A stretch of DNA of 64,000 bases. Origin: Promethearchaeota archaeon (GTDB lineage Archaea; Asgardarchaeota; Lokiarchaeia; Sigyniarchaeales; SOKP01). How positions within the stretch are numbered: the first letter of the stretch is position 1; each line of letters opens with the position of its first letter. The position numbers and the translations under genes were made by a program. The notes below the pieces were generated by a model. The model did not search any database. It had not been told where the DNA came from and was given only the letters and a program-made list of their open reading frames with translations. The stretch covers positions 10,299-74,298 of the forward strand of contig JAHLWH010000134.1 of the NCBI GenBank assembly GCA_019058015.1, written 5' to 3'. Positions 47,917-54,911 of this stretch are shown here, piece by piece.

Positions 47917-47976
47917 TTAAAAAATATTAAATTAAAAACAATTAGGTTAAAAAAGTTAAATAAAAAATAGTAATTC

Positions 47977-48186
47977 TTAAAGAATCCAATCAAATACATG
48001 CACATGAGAAAGAATAACTATTACAATAAGTATTAAAGCAAAAATGACTGCACTTAATGGGCCAATCTTAATTCCTATGGAACTGTCTTCAAAAAACCTC
48101 ATAAGACCTGCACCACTTTGAGGCATGGGCGAACTTTTTGACCTTCTTCTCTTCCTTCTACTTCTTTGCGACATCTTTTTAATCAA
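47977..48186 (-). CDS. secG: protein translocase subunit Sec61-beta (archaeal SecG)
   Basis: Basic N-terminus (RSRRKRRRSK), SGAGLMRFFED motif, and a single C-terminal TM helix. 69 aa. Confidence 0.8.
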   Translation of the reverse strand: MIKKMSQRSRRKRRRSKSSPMPQSGAGLMRFFEDSSIGIKIGPLSAVIFALILIVIVILSHVHVFDWIL

Positions 48187-48343
48187 AATGTGGTTTAATT
48201 GATATATAATTTATAAGAAATCTAAATTATTTAAAATTACTAAAATATATGTATAGTAAATTTTATGAATTAATGATTATTTTTTAAAAAATATTAAAGT
48301 AAGTTCAAATTAAAACATTTAAGTTTTCGAGAGTCGTTAGAAA

Positions 48344-50203
48344 GTGAAAAAGTATAATATAATATCTAATAAATTTAAAATAAATAAGCATTTTTTATTA
48401 TTTACTTTCTTAATTTCCATCTTAATTTTTTGTTTATTAATTCCATTATTGAAAAATAAAAATAGCAATAATTTTCAAACTCCTAGTACTTTAAAAAATT
48501 CCTCAAATTTTAACACATTTGAAGGTGTTCAAATTACAGAACTCTATAGGAATGTGGAATTAAGTGGAAATGGATTATTAACTGCAGAAGACACATTTAC
48601 TATAAAAAATATCCATAATAACCCAATCTCTTTTATTACAATGGGTATAGATAAATCTTTTATTGAAAATCTCATTTATTATGACGCAAAAGGACCATAT
48701 TCAGAATCATTAGATGTTCAATTCTCAGAAACAATGATTGAGACATTTAAAATGGTATATATTTATTTTGATTGTCCATTACTCCCTTCTCAGGAGATCT
48801 CAATCACTTTTACTCATTCATATAAAGACCTTTATAATTTTTCTGTAATGAGTGTAGGACAAGAGCAAATGCAAACAATTGTGTTTAATTTTTATATATA
48901 TCCAATTGTCCCTTATGAGGTTGATTATGTAGGTATATTTTTTTTTCATCCAGAACTCGGAGAAGAAGTATTAACAATTAATGATTCGGGTGAAGAGGGA
49001 AAATTTGAAGGTGGGTTTTTACAATATTCTAAGGAATTTATGAGGCCTTTCTATTATAAATTGATAATAGGTACCTTTGATTATTCTGAGAACACTAAAT
49101 TGCAAATTGATAAAATATTAAGAAAAATTACATTTAACTCACTAGGTTATTTAATTGTGGATGAGACACTCACAATTCACAATACTGGGGCGATTCCAAT
49201 ATCAGAATTTTCTGTCAAAATTCCAACTGTTGTATCAGAAGTTGAAGTATTTGATTATCTAGGGCCAATAGAAGGTACTTCACTAGACTCAGAACCTAAT
49301 CTTGATGGAACTACCAAAGATTTAACAATTTTATTGACACAAAATAGGGTAACCCTATATGTGGATTCTAAATTCGATTTTTCCATAAGGTATCAATTGC
49401 CCTATGATGAATATCATGTATTTAATTGGCTCTATAATTCTATTTCAATCGATTTATTACTCACAAAATGTGATTATGTTATATATGATCAAGAAATTCA
49501 AATTATTATTGATGGTTGTGAAAATATTATGTCCATAACTGAACAACCTAATTCAATTAAAACGCTTGGGGATGATCTGGTATTAATTTTTAATGATGAT
49601 ATAATTTCACCCCTTGATGAAAAACACATAAACATTATATACACTTTAGATTTTCTTGAAATTTTAATGAGACCATTAATTTTTACAATTCTGTTTATGA
49701 TCCTTTTCACGTCTTTTGTAATAATAACAAAAATTAGGAAAGAAGAATTACCAATTGATGCTTATAGAAAAAGAGATATTCCAATAAAGGAATTACGTGA
49801 ATTTTATTCCTTATATGAAGAGAAAAATGCAATTTACCTAGATATTCAGCAAGCAGATGATGATGTGAAAAGAAAGAAACTTACTAGAAAGAAATATCTT
49901 AATGTGTTAAAGAAATATGAGTTAAGATTAAAATCACTAGAAAACGAACTTGCCCCTCTCAGGAAAAAATTAGAAGAATCAACGAAAATTTTTGAAAATA
50001 TATTTAAAAAACTTGAATTATTTGAAGCTGAAAGATTAAGTTTAAAAGATAATATAAATTTGTTAGAAAACAGATATAAGCGCGGCAGACTACCTTCAAA
50101 AAATGCTTTTGAGAAATTAATGGGCGATTTTCTTAAACGTCGAGAAAAAGTTCGGAAGGCGATAGACCGGCAAATAAATGAGCTTAAAGCATACCTCTAT
50201 TAA
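48344..50203 (+). CDS. ribophorin I (OST1)-like type I membrane protein
   Basis: Layout is N-terminal hydrophobic anchor/signal, ~400-aa beta-rich domain, one TM (LIFTILFMILFTSFVII), then a ~165-aa coiled-coil tail, the same as eukaryotic ribophorin I. Local matches by eye to human RPN1 blocks: ITELYRNVELSGNGLLTAED; ILRKITFNSLGYLIVDETLTIHNTGA versus [32 protein letters not shown] versus VGYNLP. Confidence 0.6.
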   Translation: MKKYNIISNKFKINKHFLLFTFLISILIFCLLIPLLKNKNSNNFQTPSTLKNSSNFNTFEGVQITELYRNVELSGNGLLTAEDTFTIKNIHNNPISFITMGIDKSFIENLIYYDAKGPYSESLDVQFSETMIETFKMVYIYFDCPLLPSQEISITFTHSYKDLYNFSVMSVGQEQMQTIVFNFYIYPIVPYEVDYVGIFFFHPELGEEVLTINDSGEEGKFEGGFLQYSKEFMRPFYYKLIIGTFDYSENTKLQIDKILRKITFNSLGYLIVDETLTIHNTGAIPISEFSVKIPTVVSEVEVFDYLGPIEGTSLDSEPNLDGTTKDLTILLTQNRVTLYVDSKFDFSIRYQLPYDEYHVFNWLYNSISIDLLLTKCDYVIYDQEIQIIIDGCENIMSITEQPNSIKTLGDDLVLIFNDDIISPLDEKHINIIYTLDFLEILMRPLIFTILFMILFTSFVIITKIRKEELPIDAYRKRDIPIKELREFYSLYEEKNAIYLDIQQADDDVKRKKLTRKKYLNVLKKYELRLKSLENELAPLRKKLEESTKIFENIFKKLELFEAERLSLKDNINLLENRYKRGRLPSKNAFEKLMGDFLKRREKVRKAIDRQINELKAYLY

Positions 50204-50241
50204 AATTATATTCCAAATTGCAAAAAATTTATATGATTTAA

Positions 50242-50892
50242 ATGAAACCTTGGCTTTTTGACATCTTAGCATGCCCAATAGATAAAAATTTTCCTTTAGA
50301 ACTCTTAATACTAAAATGGGAAACCAATATAAATGAATTTGAAGAATTCTTAAAAATTTTTCAAGTTCGAAATGAAAAATCCATTAAAAATGAAGAATTA
50401 ATAAAATGTACTGAACCTGAAAATCGTTTAAAAATTCGGGATGGCATAGCTCTCAAATTTAAAAAACCTTCTGAATACCTAAATACGATAAACTCAAGCA
50501 TTCAAGAACTCAAAAATATAATAAATCTTACAAAAGAACCAATAATTAAAAAATGTATTGATATCCTTAAAACAAGCGTAAAGAGAAAAATTGAATCAAC
50601 TATAAACCTTATCTCAAAGGAAGATAAAAAAGAAAAAATAAAGGAAATTATTAATTCTATCCTTCCAGAATTATATCTTATCAATAAATTTAAAATTGAT
50701 ACTGAAATAGAAGAAGGTATTTTATTTTGCTCCAAATGTAATAGATGGTATCCTATCGTTCAAACAATACCTCAAATGTTACCAGATAAATATAGGAATG
50801 AAAAAGAAGATATTACTTTTTTAACTAAATGGAAGGAAACTCTTGATACAATTAATTTCTTACAAAGAGATCTGATCCCATTTAAAATCTAA
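50242..50892 (+). CDS. Trm112-like zinc-ribbon protein with ~130-aa helical insertion
   Basis: N-terminal LFDILACPIDKNFPLEL and C-terminal GILFCSKCNRWYPIVQTIPQMLPD form the two halves of the Trm112/DUF343 knuckle. They are separated by Lys/Glu/Ile-rich helical sequence. Confidence 0.55.
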   Translation: MKPWLFDILACPIDKNFPLELLILKWETNINEFEEFLKIFQVRNEKSIKNEELIKCTEPENRLKIRDGIALKFKKPSEYLNTINSSIQELKNIINLTKEPIIKKCIDILKTSVKRKIESTINLISKEDKKEKIKEIINSILPELYLINKFKIDTEIEEGILFCSKCNRWYPIVQTIPQMLPDKYRNEKEDITFLTKWKETLDTINFLQRDLIPFKI

Positions 50893-50978
50893 AGAAATAA
50901 TTAAAAACTAATCCTTTTAAAATAATTTTAATTATTGTATTATTAAATTAGAATTCATAAAAGGTAAAAGAGAAATAA

Positions 50979-51073
50979 AGCTCCGTCGTCTAGTGGCCAA
51001 ATTTTAAAAAATTAAAGGCTAAGGATTCGGGGCCTTGAACCCCGAAACGCAGGTTCGAATCCTGCCGGAGCTA
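50979..51073 (+). tRNA. tRNA-Gln (anticodon UUG) with a ~22-nt intron in the D-loop
   Basis: Acceptor AGCTCCG/CGGAGCT (7 bp) plus discriminator A. T-arm GCAGG-TTCGAAT-CCTGC. Anticodon arm CGGGG-CCTTGAA-CCCCG, with TTG at 51035-51037. D-stem GTCT/GGAT encloses an oversized AT-rich loop. Locally GC-rich island in AT-rich DNA. Confidence 0.8.
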
Positions 51074-51137
51074 TTATTAGAGTTGGGCTTTTATGCCAAT
51101 CCTTTAAATTCTCAATTAATTTAGGTGAATTATATAA

Positions 51138-52391
51138 GTGCAAAGTTTTTCTGAATATCAATTTGGCGTAGTGGAAATAATTAATTTAGTTATTCTATTC
51201 ATAATTATTTTCATAATAACTTATTTCGTTATTCCATTCGTAATTAAATTCACAAGGTCAAAAGGATGGATTGGAATTGATATTCATAAGGTAGAAAAAC
51301 CTGAAGTTGCTGAGTCCGGAGGAATAAGTATAGTAATAGGGTTGTGTTTCGCATTAGTTTTTATGTTAATACTATTTCCTTCACTTACAAATGAACTATT
51401 AGTTATCATATTAACAATTATAATAGCGGGAGTTATTGGACTTATTGATGACAGAAAAAAACTCTCATCAATAAAAAAAATAATTTTAACTATCATAACT
51501 GGTGGACCTATTTTCATTCTGAATTTTATTAACTTTATCGATGTAGATAGCCCCACAATCCCTATTTTAGGAATGTTACGTCTTAATTACATTTATCCAT
51601 TTGTATTACCTGTAATTATTGCAGTTACAACAAATACAGTCAATATGCTTGAAGGCTATAACGGAGAAGGTTCAGGAACATGTCTAATAGCTGTAATTTT
51701 TATGTTTCTTTCGGGTTTAATTTGGAATTCAGCCCAAGCAGTAATATATTCAGTTCCCTTTATTGCAATATTATTAGCTTTTTTCTTATACAATAAATAT
51801 CCTGCAAAAGTTTTTCCAGGTGATGTAGGAACTATTACTATTGGAGCAATGATAGGTTGTATAGCAATTTTTGGTTCAATCGAAGTGCCAACGTTTTGTG
51901 TTTTATTAGGACATGTTTTTAACAGTTTTTATGTATTATCTTCTATTAGGCGATTACTCGAAAGTAGCCAGATTCAAATAAAGCAAAGTGATATTATCTT
52001 TTTAGAAAATGGTAAAATTAAAGCTTCAAGGGAGGATGATGCAGCAATGAGTTTACCAAGGTTACTCCTCGCAAAAGGAGAATTGACTGAACCTGAATTA
52101 GTGAAAAATTTTTTTGCTTTATCATTTATTTGTGGTCAATTTGCAATTATTGCTGCTTTATCAATGCAATGGACTCTATATTATGATAATTTGGCATTTT
52201 TGATTATTTCAGGAATAATTTTTATTTTAATATGTGGGAGTTTTTCATTAATTATTTATTGGAAATTTCCGAGAATTAGAGGGATTTCAATAATAATGGT
52301 AACGTTATTAACTTGTGGAATTGTTTTTGTATGGTTTATTGATTGGTTTATAGTACAAACACCATTGAATGTGTTGTGGAGTGCAGTTTAA
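51138..52391 (+). CDS. UDP-GlcNAc:dolichyl/polyprenyl-phosphate GlcNAc-1-phosphate transferase (AglH/ALG7, glycosyltransferase family 4 of MraY/WecA type)
   Basis: GLIDDRKKL, NTVNMLEGYNGEGSG (NxxNxxxGxNGxExG, the archaeal/eukaryotic form) and VFPGDVGTITIGAMIG. About 10 TM helices. GTG start. Confidence 0.8.
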   Translation: MQSFSEYQFGVVEIINLVILFIIIFIITYFVIPFVIKFTRSKGWIGIDIHKVEKPEVAESGGISIVIGLCFALVFMLILFPSLTNELLVIILTIIIAGVIGLIDDRKKLSSIKKIILTIITGGPIFILNFINFIDVDSPTIPILGMLRLNYIYPFVLPVIIAVTTNTVNMLEGYNGEGSGTCLIAVIFMFLSGLIWNSAQAVIYSVPFIAILLAFFLYNKYPAKVFPGDVGTITIGAMIGCIAIFGSIEVPTFCVLLGHVFNSFYVLSSIRRLLESSQIQIKQSDIIFLENGKIKASREDDAAMSLPRLLLAKGELTEPELVKNFFALSFICGQFAIIAALSMQWTLYYDNLAFLIISGIIFILICGSFSLIIYWKFPRIRGISIIMVTLLTCGIVFVWFIDWFIVQTPLNVLWSAV

Positions 52392-52513
52392 CCGCTATTG
52401 GCTTAGGACTATGGTATTATGTAGGTTGCTTCCGTTATTTTTGGAAGCAAATTGATAAAATGAAGAAAAGAGAAGATAAAGAAAATATTTAAGCCAGCTT
52501 AATTCAAACCAAG

Positions 52514-53677
52514 TCATTTAAGATTTTTATAATTTTTAATTATATCAATTAGCTTTTTAGATAATTTTGCAGAATTGAGTTTTTTTTGAAACAATTCATA
52601 TCCATTCAATGCAATTTCATTTCTCAATTTTTCATTTTCATATAATGTGATAATAGCATTTGCTAGGCTATCTGGATCGGCGATTTTACATAAGTAACAA
52701 TTCTTTTGATGCGTTAATAGTTCATTTATTGCTTTTGTATTTGCGGTAATTATTGGTTTTCTCATTGCTAATGCAGTATAAACTTTATTTGGAATAACTC
52801 TTCTCGCTTTCAACGTAGAACCAAATATTCCCAATTGAATATCAGACCTTGCAATTGTTTGTGGTATTAGATTAATTGGAATTTGAGGAAAAAAACTAAT
52901 ATTTGAAATTCCAAGTTTTTTAACAATTTTTTTCGTTTCAAATATCTCTGGTTTTGTTCCACCGACAATTTCAAATATTATGTCTTTAGTATATTGTTCT
53001 ATTCTTTTAGCTGATTTAATAATATATTCAATCCCATGCAATGGAATGTAATTACCATTAAATCCAATAACAAACTTATCTTTAAATCCTTCATATTTCT
53101 GAGGATAAAACAACACCTCGTTAACTCCTAAAAATATCCTAAAAATTTTTTTTGGATTTAAATGGAAAAATTGACTAAATCGATATTTTTCCATATCTGA
53201 TTGTGAAATTATTAAATCTGATAAATGAAAAGCAATCCATTCAATTAAGTAATAAAATTTTGCTAAAAACGATTTCTTTTTCAATTTTCGATAATCCATT
53301 GTAACAGAATCAATTAAAGAAGTGTATGGATTAAAAATAATTGGGATTTTTCTATTAAATATTTTCCATGATAAAATTCTTAAAAAATATGCTAAGTATA
53401 ATGATTCGTGACCCGGATAACCGATATAAATACAAACTATATCATAATAATTTGATTTAAAATATTTTTTAATTAAATTAATGTTACGATTTATAAAATT
53501 CCTAAAAAATGATAAAGTAAACATATGTTTTTGATTAGTTAAAAAATCTCTTACTAGATTAGGGGTCGAAAAATTTACTGTAATAATCTCTATATCTTTG
53601 ATTTTTTTCAAACCATTTAGAAAAACTCTATTCACATTTCTATTTTCGTCAAATGCTCCAAAAAAACAAATTTTCAT
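52514..53677 (-). CDS. glycosyltransferase (GT-B fold)
   Basis: FVIGFNGNYIPLHGIEYII..IFEIVGG..VIPNKVYTALAMRKPIITANT layout of Glycos_transf_1-like proteins. Confidence 0.6.
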   Translation of the reverse strand: MKICFFGAFDENRNVNRVFLNGLKKIKDIEIITVNFSTPNLVRDFLTNQKHMFTLSFFRNFINRNINLIKKYFKSNYYDIVCIYIGYPGHESLYLAYFLRILSWKIFNRKIPIIFNPYTSLIDSVTMDYRKLKKKSFLAKFYYLIEWIAFHLSDLIISQSDMEKYRFSQFFHLNPKKIFRIFLGVNEVLFYPQKYEGFKDKFVIGFNGNYIPLHGIEYIIKSAKRIEQYTKDIIFEIVGGTKPEIFETKKIVKKLGISNISFFPQIPINLIPQTIARSDIQLGIFGSTLKARRVIPNKVYTALAMRKPIITANTKAINELLTHQKNCYLCKIADPDSLANAIITLYENEKLRNEIALNGYELFQKKLNSAKLSKKLIDIIKNYKNLK

Positions 53678-53761
53678 ATTACAATTAAAATAGAGTCTTA
53701 TATTTTCAAAAATATTTACTTAAATAGAATACTCTAATTCATATAATATAATTTTTTTAAG

Positions 53762-54850
53762 TTGATTTATTTGAAAAGAATTTTAATCACAGGTTCTGGA
53801 GGTCCCGCTGGAGTCAATACACTTAAATCTCTGAATATTACTTCTGAAAAAATGAATCTATATGGTACAGATATCAATATTTATCATTTAGAATTTTCCC
53901 GACCATGGACAAGGAAAGTGTTTTTAGTTCCAAGATGTAATTCACCTGAATTTATACCTAAAATTAATAATATAATTGAAAAATATAAAATAGAGTTAGT
54001 AATTCCCCAACCTGATGTAGAAGTTGCGGTGATATCAGAAAATCGTGAAAAATTAGATACAAATACATTTTTACCTAAAAAAGAAACCATAAGTATTTGC
54101 CAAGATAAATTTAAAAGTGCTGATATCTGGAAAAATAAAGGATTTCCAACAGCGAAAGCTATTGAACTTAGAAAAGATCATCTGGAAAAGGATTTAAATA
54201 ACGCTTTCTCTGTTTTGGGAGATAAACTCTGGATTAGAGCAAAGAAAGGGGCGGGAGGAACTGGAAGTACTCCTGCTGATAATATAGAAACTGCTTCAAG
54301 TTGGATTCACTATTGGTATTCGAGAGATAAAAATTGGGAATTTATTGCACAAGAATTTCTTCCGGGAAAAAATATTGCCTTTCAAAGTGTGTTCAATGAT
54401 GGAGAAATTATAACATCCCAAGCAAGAGAGAGAATAGAATATATATATCCTTATCTTGCGCCGTCAGGAATAACAGGCACTCCTGTTGTAGCAAAGACTA
54501 TCCATGATGATAAAATAAATGAAATGGCTACAAAAGCAGTACTGAGTATTGATACGAATGCAAATGGCGTATTTTCAGTAGATTTAAAAGAAGATAAAGA
54601 AGGAAATATCGTTCCAACTGAAATAAATGCTGGTCGATTTTTTACCACAAGTTTTTATTTTTCTTATGCTGGTAAAGAATACAATGTTCCAAAAGCTAAT
54701 ATGCCATATATACTTGTCAAGCTTGCTTTTGATGAAATAATTCCTGAAGGCAAGAATTATAATATTCTACCAGCGAATCTATACTGGATTAGACATATTG
54801 ATTGTTCTCACCATTTAATTCCAGAAGATAAATTACAGAAAATAACCTAA
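53762..54850 (+). CDS. ATP-grasp domain protein
   Basis: ILITGSGGPAGV N-terminus, WIRAKKGAGGTGS, AQEFLPGKNIAFQSVF and VPTEINAGRFF (ATP-grasp Mg/ATP site). Confidence 0.6.
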   Translation: MIYLKRILITGSGGPAGVNTLKSLNITSEKMNLYGTDINIYHLEFSRPWTRKVFLVPRCNSPEFIPKINNIIEKYKIELVIPQPDVEVAVISENREKLDTNTFLPKKETISICQDKFKSADIWKNKGFPTAKAIELRKDHLEKDLNNAFSVLGDKLWIRAKKGAGGTGSTPADNIETASSWIHYWYSRDKNWEFIAQEFLPGKNIAFQSVFNDGEIITSQARERIEYIYPYLAPSGITGTPVVAKTIHDDKINEMATKAVLSIDTNANGVFSVDLKEDKEGNIVPTEINAGRFFTTSFYFSYAGKEYNVPKANMPYILVKLAFDEIIPEGKNYNILPANLYWIRHIDCSHHLIPEDKLQKIT

Positions 54851-54911
54851 AAATTTGACTTTCTAAAAAAATAATAACTTTTTTAGTCTATTTCTTAATT
54901 AATAATTTATA

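Noticed and set aside
52386-52392. Programmed -1 ribosomal frameshift signal at the aglH-like stop (gca gtt taa acc).
   Set aside because: The sequence is not a canonical X XXY YYZ slippery heptamer in the zero frame, and no downstream structure was evident. A simple indel or a genuine stop is more likely.
50893-52400. tRNA-Gln as an integration site for a genomic island.
   Set aside because: No integrase, no duplicated tRNA 3' half, and no compositional change that I could see on either side. The flanking genes are ordinary glycosylation genes.
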